From contig CAVYJU010000027.1 in the NCBI GenBank assembly GCA_963768895.1, positions 22,534 to 86,533 of the forward strand: DNA of 64,000 bases, written 5' to 3'. The notes under the pieces are model-generated. The model was not told where the DNA came from, did no database searches, and saw only the letters and a list, made by a program, of their open reading frames with translations. The stretch comes from Candidatus Bathyarchaeota archaeon. GTDB taxonomy: Archaea > Thermoproteota > Bathyarchaeia > Bathyarchaeales > Bathycorpusculaceae. Shown piece after piece: positions 33,609-43,484 of this stretch. Every line of letters starts with the position of its first letter. Position 1 is the first letter of the stretch. Position numbers and translations under genes: made by a program.

Positions 33609-33845
33609 AAAATCAACACTACAATTTTACTTGCTGATAAAATAAGAACTTTACTATGGCATGTGGTTTCATACATGCTTTGTATTTTTTACCGGCAGTC
33701 TTTTTGACAGATTAGAAAGAAGGGTTATTCTGACAGTATTTGGCTTTCTTATTAGGCGGGTTTCGTTATGGTTATCAGTCAAGAAATGGCATTCACGCTA
33801 TTATACTTATAATGCATAAACTAAATATGAGGTTAAGGGAGTAAG

Positions 33846-34007
33846 TTGAAAAAGTGTGCATTGTGCGGAGAAGAAATCAAAGACGGCAAATACTTTACGA
33901 TAAATCAGTGCAAAGGAGCTGAAAGCAGACTTGTACTAGTAGTTTGCGAAAAAGATTTCAATGACACGCGATACCGAGAAATTATTATAAAAATCTCAAG
34001 TATTTGA
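33846..34007 (+). CDS. 53-aa putative Zn-binding microprotein; not in ORF track
   Basis: GGGAG RBS, TTG start; MKKCALCGEEI...VCEKDF. Confidence 0.55.
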   Translation: MKKCALCGEEIKDGKYFTINQCKGAESRLVLVVCEKDFNDTRYREIIIKISSI

Positions 34008-34105
34008 CCATACAGGCTATCTTGCCAGTTACAAAATTGAAGTTTTGCGATTCTTTTTTTGAAAAATTCAACGATCCCAAAAGTGCTGGTGTTAATTTTT
34101 CAAAT

Positions 34106-34345
34106 TTACATAATTGATAGTTTTTCCAAAAGGGAAAATCCGGTTAAATGAATCTGACTTGAACAATTATTGCAGCAAATCACCAATTCTTCCAAACCGT
34201 GATTATTGACTTTTGGCTCTACGAGGCTGTAAGTTTCTTCGGTAGTATCATCTGGCGAAATGACTGTTCCACATTTTGGACATGAAAAATCTCCTTTTCC
34301 ATCTATTTTAGTTAAATCCACTGTGTAGGCATATGCTTGCTTCAT
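34106..34345 (-). CDS. Small Zn-finger protein (paralog of 18584-18826)
   Basis: DLTKIDGKGDFSCPKCGTVISPDD...CCNNC..HLTGF; GAGG RBS. Confidence 0.8.
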   Translation of the reverse strand: MKQAYAYTVDLTKIDGKGDFSCPKCGTVISPDDTTEETYSLVEPKVNNHGLEELVICCNNCSSQIHLTGFSLLEKLSIM

Positions 34346-34666
34346 TCTACTTACCTCGATTACCGTTAAGCTTTTTTAGATTATAAAATAATGTTGGCAC
34401 AAGTTGAAGCAACAAGCGTTTGACGAACTAAAACTAATTCTTGGATCAATAGATCTAAGTTGCTAAATAAGAACAAGAATTTTTTATTTTTTTAAAGATT
34501 TCTTTTCTTTTAGTTTAGAATTAAAGAAAGAAGAATATTGATTCCAAGATGGGAAAATTTGAAATTTCTTTGTGCCAGTTTTCGTGATTATTTTATATGT
34601 TTGGATCAAATCTAACCAAGTAGATTAACTGCGTATTCTGCTATTAGCCAAGAGCAGGTTGGACCA

Positions 34667-35263
34667 ATGAAAACCAAGCGCCTAAGAGAAAAAATGATTG
34701 ATGAAGTAAACCGATCCAAACAAACAACACTTGACAGTTTACAAGATCAGCAAAAGATACACCCTCAAACCGCTGTGTCTTGCTCCAAGAAAATAATAAT
34801 ATCTGAAATCACCGCTGAAACAAGAGAAGACGAGTTGGCTCTCAAGACTAGTTTTCGATTGTTGCCCTCAAAGGCTGTCTACTCAAAAATAACGTTCGAA
34901 TTATATTTTGACAGTCATCTAATGAATACTACTTGCCTTTGTATTCCACAAGGATCACTTGCAAAAGACGATTTTGATTTAGCAACCCTTCTAGATATGA
35001 AGGGCATAAGCTCTGGACCACACATAATAAAGGTTGAAATGTTTGAGTTGTGGCTATCAAAAGAAAAACTCACGACCGCGAGCAAAGAACTACGCATAGA
35101 TTATGTGCCAATTAGACGTGAAGATAGATTGGTAAAGGTTCCAATTGTTAAGCATGTGGCGGGATCAGACTTTATAATACTTTCAGATTCTGATAGGGGA
35201 ATTTACTATCAATTGGAGGAAGATATCAAAAGGGAACAAACTAGCAAAAAAGATGAATGGTAG
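34667..35263 (+). CDS. Hypothetical protein
   Basis: 198-aa ORF with beta-rich core. Confidence 0.65.
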   Translation: MKTKRLREKMIDEVNRSKQTTLDSLQDQQKIHPQTAVSCSKKIIISEITAETREDELALKTSFRLLPSKAVYSKITFELYFDSHLMNTTCLCIPQGSLAKDDFDLATLLDMKGISSGPHIIKVEMFELWLSKEKLTTASKELRIDYVPIRREDRLVKVPIVKHVAGSDFIILSDSDRGIYYQLEEDIKREQTSKKDEW

Positions 35264-35323
35264 TCTTTTCTTAAATATGATTCTTTCCTTTTTAGGGTTC
35301 GAATATGGAGTCGGGTCAAGCTG

Positions 35324-35431
35324 TTATTCGTCGTCCCAGCATTCTAAACACATTCCATCACAGTTCTCGTTATCGTGTTTGGTTATTTCACGGCCGCAAT
35401 TTTTGCAATATAATTTTATAGTAGAGCTCAT
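35324..35431 (-). CDS. 35-aa Zn-finger microprotein; not in ORF track
   Basis: MSSTIKLYCKNCGREITKHDNENCDGMCLECWDDE, two CxxC pairs. Confidence 0.6.
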   Translation of the reverse strand: MSSTIKLYCKNCGREITKHDNENCDGMCLECWDDE

Positions 35432-35710
35432 ATTCTTATCATTCACTGGAAACGAATATTGTTGCTAATTAGAATTTCTAGAGTTTTTCAACAAAATCAT
35501 ATATTATTTCAAGCTTACCTCATTTTATGAATCGATTATTTGCAATATTCTGCAATCTCTGCGAATCCTTTGAATTAGTTAATTGCTTAGTATCGTTTGG
35601 AACAAATACTTCATATAAATTAACGCGAATGCAGCATAAAAGTTTAAGACTTTGTACTAAATGGGTTAAATACTCTTCCAACTAAAGAAGTCTATAGTTG
35701 TTCATCAGGG

Positions 35711-36628
35711 TTGATATATTTGTCAGCACGAGATCTGAAAAAAAGCGCAGTAATTGCTCAAATAGCTTTTTTCGTTGTTTTAGCGGTTGGTATAGCTGAA
35801 GTCTTGGCTGCATTGTTTTCCAATAGTGTCGCCTTATTGGCAGACGGAATTGACTCAATCGCAACATCAATAATCTTTCTAGTTGTGTGGATTGGCTTAA
35901 GACTTTCAGGGAGGTCACCCGATGGCACCTTCCATTTTGGATATTATCGAATAGAATCTCTAGGAAGTCTCATAGCAGCCTTCGTTTTAGCAATTTTCGG
36001 AGGTTTTATTCTAATTGAAGCTTACTCTGCATGGGTAGCCCAAAAAGCAATTACTAATGCCGAAACGGCAATTGCGGTTGCTGGCGTTTCGACAATCATA
36101 GTATTCGTAATGTCTTTATGGATTAGCCGAGAATCAAAAAAGTTAGGTTCAAACTCCCTGAAGGTTGGTGGGCTCAGTGGCACTTTAGATGTTCTTTCTT
36201 CAGTTGCTGTTCTTGGTGGTGTTGCACTTAACAAGTACTTGGGAATCTTTCACGCAGATTCAGTTGCAGGATTCTTAATCGCTGGTGCCATTTTTGTTGG
36301 TGTGTACTCAATATTCAAAGAGTCATCTTTAGTTCTAGTGGATGCTTGCAACTGTGGAGACATCATTGGAGCAATTGAAGAGGTAGCTAAAAGCATTAAA
36401 GGCGTTAAAGAAGCGCACAGCATTCGCGTAAGAAAAACAGGACCATACATGACTGGAGACATGAATATTGTTGTTTCGAGTGAAATGCTTGTAAGGGAAG
36501 CAGATCAAATAGCTTCTAAAGTAGAAGAGAAGATAAAACAGCTATTTGATGAAGTCTTGGAGTTCAAGATAAGAATAGAGTCTGATGAAGCCCACGATAA
36601 GCATTCACAGAAAATCTTAAGCAACTAA
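35711..36628 (+). CDS. Cation diffusion facilitator family transporter
   Basis: SVALLADG.DS, FHFGYYR.E, six TM helices, C-terminal HSIRVRK.G domain. Confidence 0.9.
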   Translation: MIYLSARDLKKSAVIAQIAFFVVLAVGIAEVLAALFSNSVALLADGIDSIATSIIFLVVWIGLRLSGRSPDGTFHFGYYRIESLGSLIAAFVLAIFGGFILIEAYSAWVAQKAITNAETAIAVAGVSTIIVFVMSLWISRESKKLGSNSLKVGGLSGTLDVLSSVAVLGGVALNKYLGIFHADSVAGFLIAGAIFVGVYSIFKESSLVLVDACNCGDIIGAIEEVAKSIKGVKEAHSIRVRKTGPYMTGDMNIVVSSEMLVREADQIASKVEEKIKQLFDEVLEFKIRIESDEAHDKHSQKILSN

Positions 36629-36854
36629 ACATGATCTTTTTGTTCATTTGTTTGGTTTGATTCACTAAAAGATATGCATTTTAAGCAATCTAAAATTACC
36701 TTTAATTAGAATATGTAAAAGATGTCGGCAGGTTCAACATTCAAAGTCTTTCTAAGTGAGTTATGTTGATGGTACTTTGATTTTCTTAAGCATTAACTCC
36801 TCATATAAGATTTCGGAGAAAAATTATGTCCCAGCTATTTGGCTCAAAAATTAC

Positions 36855-36902
36855 AAAAAAAAGTGGAATTTAAAACTACTTATTTTCTATTTTTCTCCAC
36901 TT
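36855..36902 (-). terminator. Hairpin plus U-tract after the candidate ncRNA
   Basis: AAGTGGA...TCCACTT inverted repeat running into T8 on the minus strand. Confidence 0.5.
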
Positions 36903-36908
36903 AGTTTA

Positions 36909-37144
36909 TTGCAGATCAAGTCTGAGCCTTATTGTTGTTTACGGCCCATCTAAGCTAGATCTTAATCGCAACAGATTCTTTGTGCCGTTTCAAACCTGAT
37001 GCTTCATAGCTTAGCTGCTTCCAACACAATGCATGTTCAGCCCATCGAGGAAAGATCTTAGCCGCGCACTAATTTTTCGCTGTTTTAAATAGCACGCTTC
37101 TTGCCTCGATGCATTGCATCTAAAGCTTGCTCCTTGACCTGCAA
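36909..37144 (-). ncRNA. Candidate novel structured RNA with two tandem pseudoknot modules
   Basis: Ends pair (UUGCAGGUCAAG/CUUGAUCUGCAA plus GAGC/GCUC); two homologous modules with covarying stems; TATA about 29 nt upstream; terminator downstream; no credible ORF. Confidence 0.75.
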
Positions 37145-37165
37145 GAATAATTTAGTTTAGACTTT

Positions 37166-37223
37166 ATTATAAATATTGTGACAATATTGTTACAAATAAG
37201 TACAGTATTGTCCCACATGAAAC
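37166..37223 (-). promoter_or_regulatory. Promoter/operator of the candidate ncRNA
   Basis: GGGACAA-N14-GTAACAA-N4-GTCACAAT-A-TTTATAAT; same spacing as in the lysW and argG promoters. Confidence 0.75.
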
Positions 37224-37359
37224 AAAGTTGCTTAATACGATCTCTACAATCTTCCTTCATATCTACCAACCAGATTCAAATAATTTACAATTACGAGCTG
37301 ATTATTCAAAAATAACTGTATAATCTCATTCGAAGAGAGCCATTAGTCACAAAGTGAAA

Positions 37360-37575
37360 CTAGGATTTGCAAATAAAAACGATTCCCTTTTCTCTATTCA
37401 ATTCCGCAAATAGGTTCTTGCTTTTAGCAAATTCTTCAAGAAATTCCAAGGAGCTAGTTTTTATTTCGACACAATAATTAAATTCACTCTTTTTTAAGAT
37501 TGAAACCCATGAAATATCAAGACTGTTAGACGTTACAACTTCCTTTATGAATGCTACCGCTTCTCTCCTCTCCAT
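37360..37575 (-). CDS. Small hypothetical protein
   Basis: 71-aa ORF MERREAVAFIKEV, GGGGT upstream. Confidence 0.6.
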   Translation of the reverse strand: MERREAVAFIKEVVTSNSLDISWVSILKKSEFNYCVEIKTSSLEFLEEFAKSKNLFAELNREKGIVFICKS

Positions 37576-37686
37576 GTACGCTTTACCCCGAAAATTAAGA
37601 GATTATTGGGATATAAAGCGGTTTGCTATAGAGAATAAGTATAAATCATAAAACTGAATAGTAAACTCAAATCTGCGTTCTGCTAG

Positions 37687-37827
37687 TCAATGTGAGAACT
37701 GGTCTTTAATCTCTTTAAACTGCTGTCCGCAAGCATTACAAATATAGAAATCTATTTGGAAAACACAGTTTTTAAGAGATTTCTCTGGCTTGACTATTTC
37801 TTTTGTGCAAGTTGGACAGTTAGCCAT
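37687..37827 (-). CDS. 46-aa Zn-ribbon protein, possibly Cren7-like; not in ORF track
   Basis: MANCPTCTKEIVKPEKSLKNCVFQIDFYICNACGQQFKEIKDQFSH. Confidence 0.65.
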   Translation of the reverse strand: MANCPTCTKEIVKPEKSLKNCVFQIDFYICNACGQQFKEIKDQFSH

Positions 37828-38144
37828 TATAGTTTTCCCTAGCTATGATGAATTATACTATGATACTCTATAGACAGTAATAAGAAGACTTGTGGGTGTG
37901 TTGCTGGTGCAACAACCGTATTTTACCGAACCAACGCTGCATTAATTTTTTAGAAACGACTTTTCAAGTCAAAAAGATTATTTTAGGGGACGAGGGCTTT
38001 ATACTCTCTAAGGAATCCTAAAACTTACTTGCTTAACATCCAATTTGGATTAAAAAGCAAAAAATCGGAGATTTGATGTTTGGGGCCTCAAAAAAAGAAC
38101 CTGAATCTTGATAAACTCTTCAATTTACAATTTGGAGTGATAAC

Positions 38145-38483
38145 ATGTTGAATTTACCTAAATTAACCTCTGCAAGAACAGTTTCTACCAAACTCCTTAA
38201 AGTTGTTTGGAAAAAAATTTCAGATAAACCCTTTCCAGACATCTATGCCTACACATTCGATGAAAAAGACTTCGAGTACATGCTAAAACTATTACAGAAA
38301 AATTCCAGCGTGATTGATACCAGAGTTAAAGAATATGGCATAGATTTTAGTGACAAGTATATTGAAGCATGCACGTTTGTTTTTGAAGAAGCGTTCATTA
38401 TTTTAATTAAACAAACGGCTGACCTTGTTGAAAGCTTGGAACATGAATTAACCCATATCTGCCACCGAGACTTTTCATCTTGA
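38145..38483 (+). CDS. Hypothetical protein with HExxH motif
   Basis: LEHELTHI near the C-terminus; GGAGTGA RBS. Confidence 0.6.
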   Translation: MLNLPKLTSARTVSTKLLKVVWKKISDKPFPDIYAYTFDEKDFEYMLKLLQKNSSVIDTRVKEYGIDFSDKYIEACTFVFEEAFIILIKQTADLVESLEHELTHICHRDFSS

Positions 38484-38578
38484 ACCTGGGCATAATTCCA
38501 AAAACAAATAAACTCAAATAGATAAAGGCAATCTCAATCTACTTTGTTTTTTTTAACAACTTTAAAGTTTTTGGTGGT

Positions 38579-38626
38579 TAACTTGCAAAGGCATCAAACC
38601 CCAAATAAAAAACAACCTAAAACAGA
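38579..38626 (+). repeat. Dispersed intergenic repeat copy B
   Basis: TAACTTGCAAAGGCATCAAACCCCAAATAAAAAACAACCTAAAACAGA. Confidence 0.5.
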
Positions 38627-38868
38627 CTTGAGAAATAGCTTGATCACCTACCAATTTTAGATAAAGAAGACTAAAAAGGACCGAGGTTACCTTAAACCAA
38701 GAAATTTACCTACTTATCAAACCCATATTTTAAATCTTTTTCGAATTTCATAAATGTCATAACAAATTTCAAAAATTGTTTTTTTTTTCAAACTTATTGA
38801 ACTTTTTGTTAAGATGCAAAATTAGATATGTACAGTTACCGCATGAATGCTTATAGAAGGCGACAAAT

Positions 38869-40265
38869 ATGGAAGTTGCAGTCAACTACAAACTCTATGA
38901 CAACGAGTCAAACTTAAAAAACGAAGGAGAAGCAAAAGTATCTCTCGACGAACAATACATGACTTTGATCGTCACGTTCGGTGAGCCGATGCTTTTTGCT
39001 TACACCGACATTGTCGGAATATCAGACTACGATTATAAAGTCGACCTTTTCTTAAGTTCGGGCGAAAAGTTAAACCTTTGGAGCTTTGGGTATCAATACG
39101 AAGATTTCCTCTTCCAACTATTCAAGCTCCGAAATGAACTCATGCTCAAATACTTACTTATCGAAGAATCACTCCTCCAAGCTGGCTTCGAAGGACAATA
39201 CGTACAACTCGACCCAAACGGCCAAACAAATCAAACCGGAAACTGTGAAATCCGTCTTTACGACACGGCACTAGTGAGTTCTGCCACAAAAAAACGAACC
39301 TATCCGTCTCCCATATTGCTACATGACCAACTGTAAACAAACAAGACTACAAAATAACAATAACAAACGAATCCCAAGAAAAAACTGAATTCACCCAACT
39401 TGGACAAAACTTTGATCCATTCGCAAAAGCCCTTTCAGATGCTATAAACAAAATGATTCTTAGAACACAACAAAGCATAAAGGAATTAATCCCAGAAGCA
39501 ACCCCTGTCACAATAACCAAACTAGCCGCTTTAATGAAAGATGGGCGGGCAGCAAAAAGAAAAGAAATCGAACAACAATCAATCGACTTCTGGCGACGAC
39601 TTAACCAAGAAAATAGACGAAGCTGGATTAACGACGGAATACGAGTTCCTAAATTCACTTGCGGCAAAAGACCAAGTCTGTTTAGGAATAAAACGCGGAC
39701 TCATGGGCGACTTAACAGGCACATACATATGGATGCTTATTCCCACTTCTCAACCCAGGAACAAACAGACTAAGCAACACAATAGCCCTAGAAGCATTCA
39801 ACACCCAAGACAACTCAGAAGAAAACAAAGACCCAACCAAAAAACAAAGACTCAGAAGTACAAGAAGAAACACACCAAAACGGCGTCCAAGAACAAAAAA
39901 CAGGCTCAACTGGAGCAACCTACTTTTTCAAAGCAGCTGGAAGAAAAGAATACGCGCAAACCAAAGATGAGGATTTATCCAAAGAACTTGAGAGTTTCAT
40001 CAAGAACTTCAATCGATCCATGATTGAAATCAACTTCAGAAGAGAACCAATCTACCTCACAGAAAACCAGCTTGAAAGCACACAATACACTCAATATAGA
40101 TTCGCGATAACAAAAATTCCCTCCCTCAAAGCCCTCAGAGACCAATTTGTAGGCAGAGTAATCCATGCATCCCAAGAACAATGGAAAGCCGATGTAATTA
40201 GCTTATTAGCCTTTAACACCAAAAGTATAGATGACAACGAAAAATGGAGTAAAGGAGACCAATAA
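38869..40265 (+). CDS. Hypothetical protein (possibly tandem PH-like domains); several frameshifts
   Basis: ORFs 38869, 39453, 39541 and 40020 join; stop abuts the next ATG. Confidence 0.65.
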
Positions 40266-40601
40266 ATGCCAGGTTACAAGCATCCTTGTAAATATTGCGG
40301 AAAACTCGTATCCTTTGACGACAACGTATGTCCCTTCTGCGGAAAAGTCAACCCAGTTGGGCCTCAAAGATGCCCAAAATGCCGAAACCCAATCGAAACC
40401 GGACAAGTCAAATGCAGCAGTTGCGGCTTAACGCTTCAAACAAACTGTCCATATTGCGGAAAACCAACATTTTTCGGAGACTACTGCCAAAGCTGCGGCA
40501 AAAGACTCACAGTAATCTGCCCTAAATGCAAAACCGAACAGCCACCGCTCGGAGAGAAATGCATAAAATGCGGTAAACCCCTAAACATAACAGGGAGATA
40601 A
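40266..40601 (+). CDS. Multi zinc-ribbon (DZR) protein
   Basis: Eight CxxC pairs in 111 aa. Confidence 0.85.
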   Translation: MPGYKHPCKYCGKLVSFDDNVCPFCGKVNPVGPQRCPKCRNPIETGQVKCSSCGLTLQTNCPYCGKPTFFGDYCQSCGKRLTVICPKCKTEQPPLGEKCIKCGKPLNITGR

Positions 40602-40606
40602 AAAAA

Positions 40607-41269
40607 ATGCCACTTCAACCATTCACTCGAAACTATCAAGACAATAGCACGGATGCTGGGTTCCAATTTACTTTCAACTGCGACATATGCAACGATGGCT
40701 ACAAAACAAACTTCATCGCAAGCAAAACCTACAAGAAAAAAGGATTCTGGAGAGGAGTAGGCCAAGTCGCCTCCATTGGATCACAATTAGCTGGACGCAG
40801 CGGAGGTTATTCACTTCAACAAGGCGCAGATGCCATGAGCGAACGATTCCAAGGCATGACACCAGAATGGCACAAAGAACACGAACAAGCATTTGAACTT
40901 GCACAAAACGAAGCCAAAGGTCACTTCCAAAGATGCCCAAGATGCCACAAATACGTCTGCGAAAACGATTGGAACGAACAAGAAGGACTTTGCGTCGAAG
41001 ATGCACCAAGGGAAAGCACTGAAGTAGCTGCAGCCAGAGCTGAAAAAATGGTTACAGACATCAAACAAAAAGCTGAAACCACCCAAGTCTACACAGGCGA
41101 AATAACGCAGAGACAAACACTATGCCCAGTATGCGGAAAACCAGCGGGGTCAGGCAAATTCTGCAATAACTGCGGAGCACCATTAGGATTGAAGGTATGC
41201 CCCAAATGTGGAGCTAAAAACCCTGCAGGCACAAGCTTCTGCGGTGAGTGCGGCACAAAACTAACATAA
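40607..41269 (+). CDS. Zinc-ribbon domain protein
   Basis: CDIC, CPRC and C-terminal double zinc ribbon CPVC/CNNC/CPKC/CGEC. Confidence 0.85.
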   Translation: MPLQPFTRNYQDNSTDAGFQFTFNCDICNDGYKTNFIASKTYKKKGFWRGVGQVASIGSQLAGRSGGYSLQQGADAMSERFQGMTPEWHKEHEQAFELAQNEAKGHFQRCPRCHKYVCENDWNEQEGLCVEDAPRESTEVAAARAEKMVTDIKQKAETTQVYTGEITQRQTLCPVCGKPAGSGKFCNNCGAPLGLKVCPKCGAKNPAGTSFCGECGTKLT

Positions 41270-41499
41270 GCAAATGCAATATGTTAACAACCTTGCTCTC
41301 TTTTTTTATGCTAAATGCCTTCCGAATTTCAAACATTTTCGACTTGAAAAACCAGAGTTCTTAGATATGGGTTCTACGTCCGAGTAGACTGTAATAGTTA
41401 GATATTGATTTATAAAAGTTAAATTCGATATATTGCAATTGAATTTAGTTTGACCAAGACCTATCATACCTAAATGGGGTTGTACCAACACGACTGACA

Positions 41500-42479
41500 A
41501 TGACACAGGTAAATTCTCAATCGACGAACGCTATCCTGGATTATCTGTAACAAAAAAGCCACTACTGATCAAACTGAAAAACTGGCAGTTGCAAAAATTA
41601 GTAGCAAAATAGAAACTAGCATCGAACAGGTGCAAATGAGTATTAACAGGCTATGTGAAAAGCACTTAATACGGAAAGTTAGTTGGCAAGACAAAGTCGT
41701 TTTTGAGCTGACGCCCAAAGGAAAATCATCAATTGACGCTTTAGCAAAAGCTCGAACTGACCTGGTTACACGACAGTTGCAAGACGCAATACATCTGGAA
41801 AGAAAAGCAAAGTTAAGATCAAGTGTGATTAATAAAATGAAATCAATCGCAGATGAATGGCAAAATTATCAGGTTCCCGACAGAAGCCTAATTGATGAAA
41901 CTAAACGAGAAGCAGCCCGACGTTTTAGACGCAACAAAAGAAATTGAAGGCAAACAACCTTTATGCTATAAAAACCCTCAAAACTACGATCAAGAATTCT
42001 TTAATTACAAAACCCAAATAGAAAACCTAAGTGAACAAAACAAAAACATTAACAAAATAGTAAACAACTTCGCAAAAATAAGAAATCACCAAGTATCAAT
42101 ATCTGCTGAAATTGAAAAAATCAACAAAACTATCAACAGATATGAAGCTACTCCAGAAGCCGCTGCTCAAATAAGCCAATTGAAAACTGCTCTTGACAAA
42201 CTTAAATCAATTCAGACTCAACTAGAAAAATATCAAAATGATGAATTGTTACAGCTCGAAGAACTTAACGCGAAACTCTCAGAAAACTCAAGAACTTTAG
42301 ACTTTCTCAAAAGATCTTCTCATGAATTTATGCCAGTCAAAAGAAGTTTGGAAGAGAACACAGCTTGGTATTCAGAAGGTCAAATCAAATATGAAAATAA
42401 AACAAGTGGATACATGGTCGAAGAAAAGTGCAGCAAATGCGGAGCAACACGAAAGCCCAAACCAATTAACATAGGATAA
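41500..42479 (+). CDS. wHTH plus coiled-coil protein with terminal CxxC; frameshifted
   Basis: SINRLCEKHLI..FELTPKG wing, long coiled coil, CSKCG. Confidence 0.55.
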
Positions 42480-42690
42480 GAACTTTTGTGAAAACATTTT
42501 TTTGCCTTCCTTAATTCTTTTTCATCTACAATTCGAGCTTTTTTCGAGTGCAATTTTGCTTAAAAAGACTATTTGCAATTTTGTTTTTCAATTCATAAAA
42601 CTTAAGCTTTTCCGATATAGTAATGAAAAGACGAGTCAAGTTTGTCACATACTTGAAGTCGCGTCAAAAATATAATCATGGGGTCATGCT

Positions 42691-42926
42691 ATGGCAGGTT
42701 CGTTTGGTTTTTATCTCATGTTTGGCTTCATTTTTGTACTTGTGGGAATCGTTGTAGCTTACTTATCTGTAGGCATGGTTCAAAATGGTGGTTCTTTTGG
42801 TTCAGCTTCTTCCCTGACTCAGCAACGACGTTGTTTGTTGGTGGGTTCATAGTATTGGTTGGATTATTACTATTACTACTCGGGTTTCTTTCAAGCACAC
42901 ATAAACATCCGATACTCTATTACTAA
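42691..42926 (+). CDS. Small 2-TM membrane protein; one frameshift
   Basis: MAGSFGFYLMFGFIFVLVGIVVAY / TLFVGGFIVLVGLLLLLLGF. Confidence 0.45.
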
Positions 42927-43010
42927 GCTTTGAACAAAGCTTAGGCTAAACAAGTTAATGTTCTTCATTAGATGTCATTCTATTTCCTTTGTTTGTTCTA
43001 AAAAAAATTC

Positions 43011-43484
43011 CTAAGCGGTTTTTAGACTATTACACCAAGCTATGATTTTGCTTTCTGTTTCTTCCTTGTTATTCAAGGCTTTCGCTAAAGCAAGTTCGCC
43101 GGCGAATATTGAGTTAGGCATTAAAGCTTTTGTTTTTTCTATAGCTTGACGCAAATTATTTTCATATGTGAAGAATAATGCAACCTTTTTTCCCGACAAA
43201 TTATTATTCTTTAAATAGGTTCTGATTGCGGGCGTGGGACTCCAGGCCCAAATTGGGGTTCCAACAATTATTAGGTCATAATCTGAAGGAAGCCTGTTCA
43301 TTGGACCGATTTTGGTTTCTTTTCCACGTGAAGCATCCCCAGCTGCGCCCATATAGTTCAGTTTTCCTTCTCTGTTTTTCAAATCAACAATCTCTTCAAT
43401 ATCTGAACCTAGCTCTGCGGCAATCGTTTCTGCCACAAATTTGGCAGTCCCGGTTCTCGAATAATACACAACCAGACTCTTCAA
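43011..43484 (-). CDS. Flavodoxin family protein
   Basis: YYSRTGTA, GTPIW, GKKVALFFT. Confidence 0.85.
   Translation of the reverse strand: MKSLVVYYSRTGTAKFVAETIAAELGSDIEEIVDLKNREGKLNYMGAAGDASRGKETKIGPMNRLPSDYDLIIVGTPIWAWSPTPAIRTYLKNNNLSGKKVALFFTYENNLRQAIEKTKALMPNSIFAGELALAKALNNKEETESKIIAWCNSLKTA

Noticed and set aside
37047-37060. GAGGAAAG on the plus strand as RNase P RNA CR-I; also considered a NiCo riboswitch because of the adjacent CDF gene
   Set aside because: There is no correctly ordered P4 partner. G-U pairs, TATA and terminator all favour the minus strand, and the RNA lies downstream of and convergent to the CDF gene.
37085-37144. Leaderless 19-aa ORF (TTG-QVKEQALDAMHRGKKRAI) inside the candidate ncRNA
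   Set aside because: It has a weak start, is very short, and does not explain the covarying repeated structure.
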